From Selaginella moellendorffii (Eukaryota > Plantae > Lycopodiophyta), in assembly GCF_000143415.4 (NCBI RefSeq), contig NW_003314271.1:1093014-1157013 (forward strand): 64,000 bases of DNA, in the 5' to 3' direction. Shown here piece by piece: positions 23,832 through 36,126 of this stretch. A program made the translations under genes and the position numbers. The notes beneath the pieces are model-generated. The model worked only from the letters and a program-made list of their open reading frames with translations. It was not told the DNA's origin and ran no database searches. Position 1 is the first letter of the stretch. The number at the start of each line of letters is the position of its first letter.

Positions 23832-26701
23832 CTAGTAGGCCGCGGCTCCATAATTCCCTCGTCCAGAGCCCGAGGCTTGGTTTGGACAATCTCTGGCCCA
23901 GTGACCGCCTTGGCCACACTTGAAACAACTATTTCCCGAGGCACCGCCTCCACCACCGCCGTAAGATCCTGTATTGCCACGACCGCCACCACCATATCCA
24001 CCACCGCCGCTGCCATATCCACCCCCACCACCGCTACCATATCCACCACCGCCACCACCACCGCTACCATATCCACCACCACCACCGCTACCATATCCAC
24101 CACCACCACCACCGCCGCTACCATATCCCCCACCGTATCCGCCGGTATAGCCACCTGAGTTGTTTCCCCCGAAACCACCGGCGTTTCCACTGAATCCGCC
24201 ACCTCCTGTGTTACCACCGCCGCTGTTGCCACTGAATCCGCCACCATAGCCACCACTGGTAGTACCACCGCCAGTGTTGGCACTGAATCCGCCGCCGCCA
24301 CCATAGCCACCACCAGAGTTGGCACCAAAGCCACTTCTACCACCGCCAGAGTTGCCGACGTAGCCACTGTATCCTCCTCCGCTACTTCCACCACCGCCAG
24401 CATTTCCGCCGTAGCCACCTCCTCCAGCGTATCCACTTGCACTCCCGCCATATCCTCCGCCTCCAGTGGTAGCGTGGTACCCAGCGTCCGCTCCAGACGT
24501 ACCGCTCATCGTTTGCGCCGAGAAGCTCGCCGTGTTGTGGATAGGCTCGCCTCTCCTGAGCTTCCCGATCGCGTCAATCATGTACTTGCTCTCCGCGACG
24601 AAATCCAACTTCTCGGCTCGCTGGATATTTACTTTGACCCGCTGCTCGTCGTTGAAACTTTCTTCCTTGATCCTGACCTTGAAATGGTGCTGGGTGAACT
24701 GGATGCTGGCAATGTGGTCAAGGAACCGGCCGTTGTCCTCCTGTTTCCACATAAAGAGGTCCTTGGCTTTCACGCCCAAGAGTTCTTCCGCGGCCTCCTG
24801 GAAGCCAGTGAGCCAGGTAGCGCCCGTGTGATCCATCACTTGAATGGAGAGCATATATCTGTAGTCGCACTCGGGGACGGTTCGGTCACACCGCTCACAC
24901 CGCCAAGTTCCGTCTCCATTGTTCGTCACCTTTTTGCTGCACTGCCTGTCTCCAATTTGCAGCGGGCATGCTGTGTAGCAGAAGCTGTCCGTCTTTATAA
25001 AGTGGATGGTCGCTCTTATAGTGACGAAGTCTGGCTTCTCCGATCTGCCAAGTCCCTCGTCTTTAATCTGCGACACTGTCTTCCGGTTCTCCGTCCGACC
25101 ACCACCGCCCGCTCCTTCCCTGGAAATAGACTGCGCCTGTGCGTGCCTACCCTCGCGTTCAAACCACAACTGCAGGGAACGTGCTTCTGGATGATCGGGA
25201 TTGATTTGGAACCGCGTCGAGGAAATAGTCCCCAGGCTCTTTCCGCTGAAATCGCTTACTCGACCTGCTTTGATTGCCAGTATGGGACTTTGGCCTGAAT
25301 CACATAGCTCCTGGAGGTGCTGTCCTTCTTGAGTACAAAAGTTGCCCCACATTGTGATCTCGACGCTCTTGCCAGACCTGTCTCTAAGCTGCAGCGTCCT
25401 CCGTTGTGTCTCTGTACCGTTTTTTCTCATTATAGTCGTTGTTTGGTTGACCCCGACCACCACTCCAATGGCGTCAACCATGGCATTGTTCGGCAGATTC
25501 TCGATCTCACTGACCTGCTTGAAGTCAAACACTTGCTGCGGAACTGACGAGTCCTCAGGACACGGGTCGAGCACTGAATCCTTCTCGAACATAATCTCCC
25601 AGTCGTTCTTCAAGTGATTGAACTGCTTCTGTGCCGCTCGGAGGGATCCTTTGGAGACCATATATAACCGACCGACCTGAGCACGCTCGTAAAACTCGTC
25701 CGCAACGTTGTTGAAGCAAGTAACTCTGATCTCACCACCCTCGGCATCCAGAAGATCGAAGCTAAACACCCTGCCATCACCTCGGGCGTTGTTGAAGCGA
25801 CGGAGGTCGCTCTTAGAAGTGATCCTCGCTTTGATCGTCCAGCGGCCGTGATACGGGTTCAAAGCTGCTATAGGAACAAGTCCAGGCGGCCCCTCGTTCC
25901 TTGCAATAGGCCCTCTATTCGTGTAAGTTGGCGGCGGTCCATATGGAGGATTCGGAGCATAAGACCCCATAGACTCTGCCGGTCTTCCACCGTACGCAAT
26001 TGTTTCTCTTCTAGCCTCTGCTGGCCTTCCATAAGGACTCACAGCGGGAGTTGCTTGTCCTCCAAAAGAACCCGGCTCTGGTGTTCTTCCACCGATAGAG
26101 CTCCCCTCTGCTGCTCTTCCACCTAGAGAGTTTGTCTCTGTAGGCCTTCCACCGAAAGAGGTAGCCTCTGCCTGTCTTCCCCCGAAAGAGCTCACTTCCG
26201 TTGGCCTTCCGCCGAAGGAGCTCACCTCTGCTGGTCTTCCACCGTAGGAGCTGACAGCGGACGCTGTTTGGTTCCCACTAGGGCCAGGAGGATCAACTAC
26301 CGCTCCAGGAGGTTGATCGCTCATCTCTGCATTTGTAACAAGAACATCCAAGTTGAGGACAATCACTATCCTGCAAACAAGGAAAAGAAGCTCGCACAAG
26401 AAGACAAGGATAGAAAAAGAGTAGCTTACTTTCTATCTTTCACGGTGTTGCAAATGTACTCTTGAAGCTTCACGATGCTGCTCTTCATCAAGGTTCCATT
26501 CTTGACGACCTCGTTGAGCTGCGTGGCGAGCATGGCCTGCTGCACAGCGGTCCCATCCGACAGCACCAAGCGATAGCGCTCTTGGACGTTCTGATTCGAC
26601 CCAATCTGCTTCACGTCCAGTACCTGGACGATGGGCCGGAGCTCCAAGTCCCCTCCCAGGAGCGCCACAATCGCATTGGGGGTGAGAGACGGCTGCGCCA
26701 T
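23832..26701 (-). CDS. RPA1: Replication protein A 70-kDa subunit with Gly-rich tail and CCHC zinc knuckle (one intron near 26372-26428)
   Basis: N-terminal OB fold (ERYRLVLSDG), PIAALNPYHGRWTIKARIT, Zn motif YTACP...CSKK...CERC, terminal CFKCGQGGHWARDC. Confidence 0.95.
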
Positions 26702-26859
26702 GAGAGGAAAGAATCGCCAAAACCCTAGACGACGGAAACAATAACAAGATCATCACCCAAGCCGCGATCGCGGCAGAGCCTACCCGATCAAACAGCCTGG
26801 CGATCGAGCCGCCTTCGCGATCGCCACGCGTGAGGCAAACAAGCGGTGCCAAAATATCC

Positions 26860-26882
26860 AAACCCTAGATTAGCGCGCCAAA
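26860..26882 (-). promoter_or_regulatory. E2F site (TTTGGCGC) and telo-box-like AAACCCTAG in the 228-bp divergent promoter of RPA1
   Basis: GCGCCAAA at 26875-26882 and AAACCCTAG at 26860-26868; E2F sites are typical of replication genes. Confidence 0.55.
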
Positions 26883-26929
26883 AAATAAAGAAGCTCAATC
26901 GCAAGAACCCTATATTGGGCGGCAAAAGA

Positions 26930-27253
26930 ATGGGGCTGCTTTGGGGGCGCAAGAAGAATGCTGCGCCGACTCCAACTCCAGCGCCGCCAGCGCCAGCGTC
27001 GGACCCAAATCCAGCCGATCCTCCCGTCTCCGCGGATGTCGACGCAGCGGCTTCGTCGGCAGTGAGTAGTAGTAGCGATGGCGTTGCTGCAGGATTGCTG
27101 GCGGCGGAGACGAGCGTCTTCGAATTTGGGAGCGCAGGAAGAGAGAAAGTGACGCTGGCTGGCTACTGCCCGGTGTCCGATGCCCTGGAGCCCTGCCGCT
27201 GGAAGATCCTTCCCTCTGGCGATGGAGCGCCCAAGTTCCGGGTTATCTTTTGA
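26930..27253 (+). CDS. Small plant protein of unknown function
   Basis: MGLLWG start, Pro/Ala linker, C-terminal VFEFGS...VTLAGYCPVSDALEPCRWKILP...PKFRVIF; single exon, head-to-head with RPA1. Confidence 0.7.
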   Translation: MGLLWGRKKNAAPTPTPAPPAPASDPNPADPPVSADVDAAASSAVSSSSDGVAAGLLAAETSVFEFGSAGREKVTLAGYCPVSDALEPCRWKILPSGDGAPKFRVIF

Positions 27254-28285
27254 TAAACCCTAGCTCGTCTTTTTGCCTTTGTTAAGGCACTTGGTTCGAA
27301 TCTTGTGTGGATTTGATTAAGGGCCAATTACCATCCTTTTTATTTTCCCGCAACGTGTACACGTTAACATCACTATTTAATGCCTTCCGTACGCCTGGGA
27401 TGTGGGGAATATCCGGTCCAGTCAAAAAAGTGGACGATGTGGTGCCACTTGTCGCCATCAGATTCATCGAAGGAACTGGAATATCCCCGGAGTTTGTTTT
27501 GGGGGACATGCTACATAGAGGCATATAACAACTATATGGAAGGTGACATCCTATAATCCACCACGTCCCATGATGATAATGGATCACATACATGCATAGC
27601 ATTCTATGCCACAAGTGGGGATGTCTCTCCTTAGAGCACCGGTTGAGCCATAATAATACCGTAGAACCTTGAAATCCCTGGTTGAGGCATACATGTATGT
27701 GGATGGTTAGTCATTAGTGCGTTTTGTCTCACATCCCCCTGGGCTCTGGCCGGCGGGGATAACAGCGTAAACAAGAGAATTTTACCATTGGACGAGGGAG
27801 ATAACATAACATTTGGCCTTCCTTCCCCACAAGTGGCCCAGTTAGCGTCGTGTAATGGCCTCAGCCGCGCTGCAGCCTAACGAGTGGCTAACTGTGGCGA
27901 GTCCAGTTTGTTAGCCTCGCCCCATTGCCCATTAAGAAAGTGGGAGTAGCAATACAGGGAGGTGTGCTGTGTAGTGTGTGTAGGCTATAGCGGCCCTAGA
28001 GTCCTTTGTAATGGGGAAGAGAGAATGTAGGCGCTGGGCGAGGGCGAGGGCTTGGAGGAGGCGGCGATGAGCGCGATCGAGGCACGGGATCGAGGCGGCG
28101 CTGCTCCAGGTGCGTGAGGCGCGGTGTGGAATCCGGCTGCGCGGCCGCGGCATCGAGAATCTGCCCAGGGTCTGGATTTAGGTCATCGAGGACTGTGCGC
28201 GAGAATGCGGCAACGCTCGCGGCAGCTGGGGAAGGAATGTAGGAGTGGCGGTGAGCTCTAGTGTCGAGGCCGGGAGGAGCGAGAA

Positions 28286-30813
28286 ATGGGGTGTGCGTGC
28301 ACCAAGGAGAATCCTCAAGAGGAGTCGGAGAGCCCCAAGGTTGTGACCAGGGCCAGCAAGCGGGTGAATGGATCGGCGAGGACCGAGGCTGCGGTGGCGA
28401 ATGGGATTGTGGAGAAGGAGAGCAAGGAGAGGCCGAGAGGTAGGAAGCAGCAGCAGCAAAATGGGACTGTGGGACTACATGGGGATGTGGTGGAGAGGAG
28501 GAGAATGCCGGAGCCCAACCCCCGGCTCAGCAATCCCGTCAAGCACATAGAGGGCGAGCAAGTCGCTGCTGGATGGCCTGGGTGGCTCTCGGCGGTGGCG
28601 AGCGAGGCCATCCGAGGTTGGATTCCCCGACGAGCAGATTCGTTTGAGAAACTAGACAAAGTACGGCCTACTATTGTTCCTTGCTCTTGTTCCTTGGCTC
28701 TAACAGTGGTGCTTGCTTCCTTTTTCTTCAGATTGGCCAAGGCACGTACAGTAATGTCTACAAGGCACGCGACTTAGATAACGGACAAATTGTGGCGCTC
28801 AAAAAGGTCCGTTTTGATAATCTCGAGCCAGAAAGCGTCAAGTTTATGGCCAGAGAGATCCAAGTTCTCAGACGATTGAACCACCCCAACGTGATCAAGC
28901 TTGAGGGTCTCGTCACGTCCAGGATGTCCTTCAGCCTCTATCTCGTGTTCGAGTACATGGAGCACGACCTTGCCGGGCTTGCTGCGTGTCCAGGCATCAC
29001 GTTTACAGAGCCGCAGGTGAGACGAGACGTGAATGCTTCCTTGATTTCTGATTACTGAATGCGAAAGCCGACAGGTGAAATGCTACATGCAGCAGCTGAT
29101 TCGTGGTCTGGATCACTGCCATACTCGGGGAGTATTGCACAGGGATATAAAAGGATCAAACCTTCTCCTGGACAACTCTGGGATTCTAAAAATCGCTGAC
29201 TTTGGCCTCGCCACTTTTTTTCATCCCGACCAGAGGCAAGCATTGACAAGTCGGGTTGTGACTCTTTGGTACAGGCCTCCAGAATTGTTGCTTGGGGCAA
29301 CGGAGTATGGGGCTGCTGTTGACCTTTGGAGCACCGGCTGCATTCTTGCCGAACTGCTTGCGGGCAAGCCGATAATGCCTGGTCGTACAGAGGTAAAAGA
29401 AAACGTTTTAAATTTCGATTGCTAACTTGAATGCATTCACAGGTCGAACAGCTGCATAAAATATTCAAATTGTGTGGCTCTCCTGCGGAAGAGTATTGGA
29501 AGAAGTGGAAGTTGCCACACGCCATTATTTTTAAGCCGCAGCAGCCTTACAAGCGTTGCATTGCGGAAACGTTCAAAGATTTTCCCGCTTCTGCATTGGC
29601 GCTTCTAGACACCCTTCTTGCTATCGAGCCTGCGGATCGACAAACTGCAGCGGCAGCCTTGGAGAGTGACGTACGTCTTACAGTGGCATATTAAATACTT
29701 TTAGGGAGCTAAAGTGTTTTTGTTTTGCATGGCAGTTCTTCACGAAGAAGCCGTATGCATGTGAACCTTCAAGCTTACCACAGTATCCTCCAAGTAAAGA
29801 GCTGGATGCCAAATATCGCGATGAAGAGGCTCGCAGGTACATGTTTGTTTGTCTTGTCACTGTGGCTGTTTCTTAGAAATGAAATCTGCAGGCAAAGGGC
29901 TGGCAGGCATGCCGGCTCGGATGCCAGACGAGGTTCCAGGGAGCGGAGTAGCAAGGCGGTTCCGGCGCCAGATGCAAATGCAGAGTTACCAAGCTCATTG
30001 CAGGTACACTTTCTTTTTAGATCTCGAACTCTTAGATCTCAAGCTCTGATATACCATCCGTATTTGTACGACAGAAACGCCGTATTCATTCTCACTCTGC
30101 AAAGAGTAAAAGTGAAAAGTTCCTTCCAGCAAATGAGGACCCAGCAATTGGTTTTCCGATAGATCCACCAAGACAATCAGATGTAAAAGGTGCATCGCCG
30201 GTCGGTCGTCTCCCTCCTGCTTCCTCGCGGTCCGGCCCAATGACGAGGAAACAAAAGGAGGATGACGTGAGAATGGCCCCTCCCAGAATGATGACGCGGA
30301 CATCGAAGACGGTCACTGACTTTAATGCTCCCGCCCAGCCAGCCGACTTGTCGAGCTACTCGAGCTTGGTCGCTGCACGGCATGGTGAACGAAGGGAAAG
30401 GCGAGAAAGCAGGCACAGGGAGAAAGAAAAAGAAGGCAACAGCGGCCCCGCAAAGCCGAGTCTTTCGAATGGTAAGGCTGAGAACGTAGAGAAACCGGCC
30501 GAGGCATCCAAGCCTGTGGAAGATTTGCAAAAGGAGTCGTCGTATCTCAAGGAGCAAACTAGTTTGGAAGCTCAAAGAACAGACGGTCTTCCTGCTCTGG
30601 TAAACGATCTCTTCTTAGTTTCTTCTCCTTTGCTTGCTGAAAACTTCGTTCCAGGCACACGAGAACCGGATGTACCACTCGGGTCCCTTGCTCCGCCCAG
30701 GCTACTCCGGAAACGCCATAGACGAGTTTTTAGAGGACCACGAGAGGCGGCTCCAGCAAGCAGCGAGACGAGCGGTACAGGCGGAGCAAAACGCGAAGGC
30801 AGCGGATAAGTGA
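28286..30813 (+). CDS. CDKC/CDK12-like Ser/Thr protein kinase (multi-exon)
   Basis: EQVAAGWPGWL, FEKLDKIGQGTYSNVYKARD, ESVKFMAREI, HRDIKGSNLL, DFGLA, LTSRVVTLWYRPPELLLG, last exon MYHSGPLL...HERRLQQAAR. Confidence 0.93.
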
Positions 30814-31123
30814 CGACCACTATACCACAAGATAACTCAGTATACTCCTACGCCAGGACTACTCACGCAGGTTGGGTCTCGGATTTTCATTCTCTCGCTT
30901 GGTTTGATCGTACTAAAATGAGATCGATCCAGGACCAGAACACACTAAAGAGAGAAGTGAACAAAGAGAAAAAAGAGGGGGCCATTCTTTTTCTTAATCT
31001 GTTCAAACTCATCAGTTTTTACATAAGAGAGAACCATTTTTCTCTTGGGGATGTCAAAGGTTCGTGGTTTTCTCCTTTCTTTCATTCGCAGTTACTAGGG
31101 TAGTAGTGAATAGCGTAGAGGAA

Positions 31124-31916
<793 letters not shown>

Positions 31917-32141
31917 ACTCTTTTCTTTTTCCCCACTCTTTTCCCTGTGGGTATGATCCTAGGTTTGCGATTTTGGAGAGACAGTCGCAACCTCTCGTAG
32001 TTAGAAAATAAAATTTTTATAACACTAATTATTCTTTCTTTTTTCTTTTTCTTTTTCTTTTGGCTAAGCTCGAGTTGTTGAAATTCTCTCCAGCAGTATC
32101 TCCCAGTCGATCACCCCCAATCTCCACAACTCGCTTCTCTG

Positions 32142-33929
32142 TTGTTTATCTCTTTAGTCTTCGCTGTGCCATGTAACTTTGAGAATAGCTCACTCGGACG
32201 TCATAAGCGGCACAACATTTGCTATAAACCCAATGGCCAGCTCCAGAGAAGCAACATCGACCTTAACAGCTGTTTCAATGGAGGCAGCCTCAACTGTGGC
32301 AGAAACTTTGCTGATTCGTGCCAACATAGTCATCACCCGATAGCACCAGACCACGCTGGGAGACACGTCTGCCTTTGTCACAATCTCAATTGAATAGTAT
32401 CAGAACCGATTCAGGATGAGCAGGAGACCAAGGATCATGCGTGTAAAGCGGCCTTAGGGCACTAGGGCAACCTCCTCCTCTTGAAGAGGTCCTCCTCCTC
32501 CTCCAACTGTGAACCTCCAGATGCACAGACCCGGTGAAAGTTGCGTCACGACTCACAAGAGCCTGCGATTTGTGGATGACACTTTAAAAGCCACATATTC
32601 ACAAGTTAATCCGATGGCAATGTCCGAAGCATATCGTCTTCTTACACACGTTGCAGTAGTCAAACAGATCCTGGAAGAGGTAATGCCTGTTGGTGCACAG
32701 ATGGATGAAGAAAGGAATGCAAGCATCTTCTATAGAATCGTGGTATCAAAAGAAAGAGGAAGCATCCATCCCCAAAGCTGGTGAACCTCAGTATTGTTGA
32801 GAGCTATCATCACGTCTCTCGATCTTGGCTCCGGGGATGGAAGGCTGGAGAGCAATGAGGAAATGTGCATAGAAGATGCTCACATTCCTCTTCTTCGTCC
32901 ATTTGTGGGAAAATTATCTGCTTCGTGCTTCAGACATGGTCATCAAGACCATGCTCTCAGCCAATCAAGATATACCAGAAAGTCTCATCAAGACTCTTGC
33001 TAGCTGGTGTGGAAGTTCCTTGCAGCTCTCTTGCATCTCCAGAGGAGGATAAATAGGTTGCAGCTTAAAACAAAGAGTACAATTCCTTCATCAAGAACCA
33101 TTTTCTTTGGTGAAAGCAGCTCCGCCCGGGCGATGTGGATTCCCACCAAGCTCAACCCAGATCATACAGCTACAAAGCACGTCTAGTCAGGATAATGGTC
33201 AGCTTGACCACTGGTGCAAAAGTCTCTGTGTAGTTAACTCCAGCTACTTCTCGCTTGCCCACCAAATGGATGTAAAGACCGCATTTCTGAATGGTGAGCT
33301 CAATGAGGACATCTACACGGAGCAGCCTGAAGGATACAAACTTCCAGGAAAAGCACAAGGTAATCTGTGGCTTGAGACAGTGGTACAAAAAGCTTGATGA
33401 TTTTCTCAAGAGAAAATCAAGAGAGTGGGAGCAGATGCAATCTACATCACTGTCTATGTGAATGATTCTTTTCTTGCATGCAACAGCCAGCAGTTTGATG
33501 TAGGTTTCTTAGGTACTTACATGCTAGGGTGTCCAGACTCTCGCCGATCACACACCGGCTATTTCTTTAGCCTTCATGAACAAGAAACAGAGTGTGGTTA
33601 CTTGTTCGAGCTGTGAAGTGGAGTATCTTGCTGCCAATGCGGCCTCCAAAGAAGCTATATGGGGTACTCTCCTCCAGGTCCTGCACATATTTATTGCCAC
33701 GCAGGACATACCCTTACCAAACCTTTATCTGCGCCGAAGTTGTCCTCGGCTCTCGGTGTCAGCTAGAGAGGGAGTGTTAGGATATCTATGTCGTCCTGGG
33801 AGACACGTCCGTCTTTCATGTTTTTTCACAAATCAATTGAATCACAATTGGACATCCGCGCAATGTTATGGCAATGGCCAGTATCGCGATACCTCAGCTG
33901 TCAACAATGGATTCCTCCAGGAAGAGTGA
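32142..33929 (+). pseudogene. Cyanovirin-N homolog (CVNH) pseudogene copy 1, split by a copia insertion
   Basis: N-half CYKPNGQLQRSNIDLNSCFNGGSLNCGRNFADSCQ (32220-32325); C-half AQCYGNGQYRDTSAVNNGFLQ (33857-33920); both align with copy 2. Confidence 0.65.
32339..33842 (+). mobile_element. Internally deleted Ty1/copia element with short LTR remnants
   Basis: Direct repeat TGGGAGACACGTC...TCACAA.TCAATTGAAT at both ends; PBS-like TAGTATCAGAAC (~32394); QMDVKTAFLNGELNEDIY, RNase H SRRSHTGY / KKQSVVTCSSCEVEY; PPT GAGAGGGAG followed by TGTTAG at 33775. Confidence 0.75.
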
Positions 33930-34025
33930 TATTTCAATATCAAATAAATTGGTTGTTTTATCAAAGAAAACTTCTTACCTTTTCTAGCTCTCTCATGCAA
34001 CAGGTTTGAAGCGGATGTCCAAGTT

Positions 34026-35470
34026 CTAGAGGACACAACCTGGTTCCAAAATCCTCGTCAAAGTGACATGAAAGTTTCTTCCACAAGACGAGCATCTCTC
34101 AAGGACCATGCGGCATAAAGTCGAAGATCTTGTGCCGTTAGGCAGTGAAGAAACCATGGCAGTCCAGCCAAGAGTGTTTGTCTCTGGCATCCCATAGAAA
34201 AAAAACTCTCTGGCCTCGATCATCCTTCTGTTCTTGAGCAATGCCACGAGTATCTTCGAAACATTGACCTTGGACATTATTCACTGGGGGGCCAACTTGA
34301 GTCCCAAACAATTCATTCATCTAATCGAGCATGGCATTGCACGACGGGCATGGCGTCAAATGTCTCTCACGACAGCCAAATAACTTGGGCATACGCGTTA
34401 ATAATCGCTGTCCATGACACGGTGTCTCTTTCGAGCATCCGATCGAACAGGTCTTTTGTTCGATCTAGCTCCTATTCCGGGCGAATCCCGCAAGCATCGC
34501 GTTCCACGATGTCACATTCCTCCGATCCATCGCCTCAAAGGCCTTGCACAGATGCCGGTTCTGGGCATACGTCGAGATGAGGATGCTCCAGGAGAGAAGG
34601 TTGGGTGACGCCATACCCGGCGAGTTTCCTTTTCGCTGCCACAGCACGGGAACGGATCGATCACGCGGCAGCAGATCCGGCGAAGAACCAACACGATCGC
34701 CTGCAGGCACCTGACAAGCTGTAGATCCGAGCAAGCTCCCCCGTCAGTGATCCTCGCCTCCCCATTGATCGTCCACGTTGCTCAAACCTCCTGTGACTTT
34801 GAGAAGAACTCGATCGATGACCAGGACCTCTCGGGTGGCAGGCGTCGTTGGCGCTGGTATAGGAGATTGCCGAGTATGTTTTGTGGCGGTGCTGAGTCTG
34901 ATGGATGCGGCCGTTGCTACGTCTTCGATCGCATCCTGAGATCCAATTGATTCTCTTGGAACATTATGATTCTGGTGAGACATCTCGGTCACATTGACAG
35001 GGAAGGGCATTCTAGACTACTCAAACGCAATGCTCACAGCATATGCCAGGAACGGGCATTTTTATTTACGGAGACAACATTGCGATGGATAGAGATCCGG
35101 AACGTTATGTCATGGAACACACTCTCGTTTTGCTATGCGGAACATGATGATCCAATATACGGATTCACGAGGTGCAGCTTAACTATATCATCGTGGCATT
35201 CGCCCTCGGGTAGAGGGTTGACGTACTCTTCGATTGGATAATGACGGGGCTTCTTGATTGTTGCGGTCCAAGGGGACCGAGCTCTGCCGGGCATAGAGGC
35301 TCTTCCAGAGGATGTCGCTGAGGAACGCGGGCCGCGATGCTTCACGCGCCGGAAATCTCACTGCTCCACCGGATGCGGCAGCAAGAGATGGAGCTTGTCC
35401 TGGCCCTGGTCGCGGCACACCCGAATTCCAGGCGACCTCTGCAAACATTTCCAGAGAGATTCCAAATTTT
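34026..35470. pseudogene. Fragmented PPR pseudogene pieces on both strands
   Basis: Minus strand: PNLLSWSILISTYAQN, RRNVTSWNAMLAGFARN, GWTAMVS. Plus strand: VFDRI, RNVMSWNT. Many stops and frameshifts. Confidence 0.65.
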
Positions 35471-35633
35471 TTGAATGAAATGTCATTGGTGATCCAGTCT
35501 CTTTGGTCAAGAAAATCTAGAAAGAGTTTACTACTTGAAGTTTCGTGTTGGAACTTCTCGTTTTATAAGTAGCTCCCAGTCGATCAAAACGCATACAATC
35601 TCCACAACTCAAACTCCATCCATCCATTCCAAC

Positions 35634-36003
35634 ATGTCACAGTTTATTATCTCGTTAGTCTTTGCTCTTGTGACGCTGTAAGCTCTTCATTCAATTTAAA
35701 TGCTAAACACTAGAACTGTAGCTAATCAAAGTTTTTGCAACAAGACCTCGGAGGCTAGAAGTGGCACAACATTGACTGCCAATTGCTACAAACCAATGGC
35801 CAGCTCCAGAGGAGTAGCATCAACTGCTTCAGTAACAATGGAAGCAGCCTCAACTGTGGCAGAAACTTTGCTGCTTCATGCCAGAACATAGTCATCACCA
35901 TCCTCCAGCTCTAATTGCAGGTGGCCAGTATCATACATGAGTTCTCATTAACAAGTGTGTGCAGAACAACAATGGATTCCTCCAGTGTTGTATTTGCAAG
36001 TGA
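35634..36003 (+). pseudogene. CVNH pseudogene copy 2 (signal peptide plus frameshifted CVNH)
   Basis: MSQFIISLVFALVTL; SGTTLTANCYKP/NGQLQRSSINCFSNNGSSLNCGRNFAASCQNI; LINKCVQNNNGFLQC. Confidence 0.65.
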
Positions 36004-36126
36004 TAAGTTTCAAATAAATTGGTTGTTTCACACTGTCCATCCTTTCCAATATAAACCCTAGATTCCAAGAACATTCGGCAGAGGAAATTTCAAATATGAA
36101 AACACAACGGTCCTCTTTGCCTTTCC

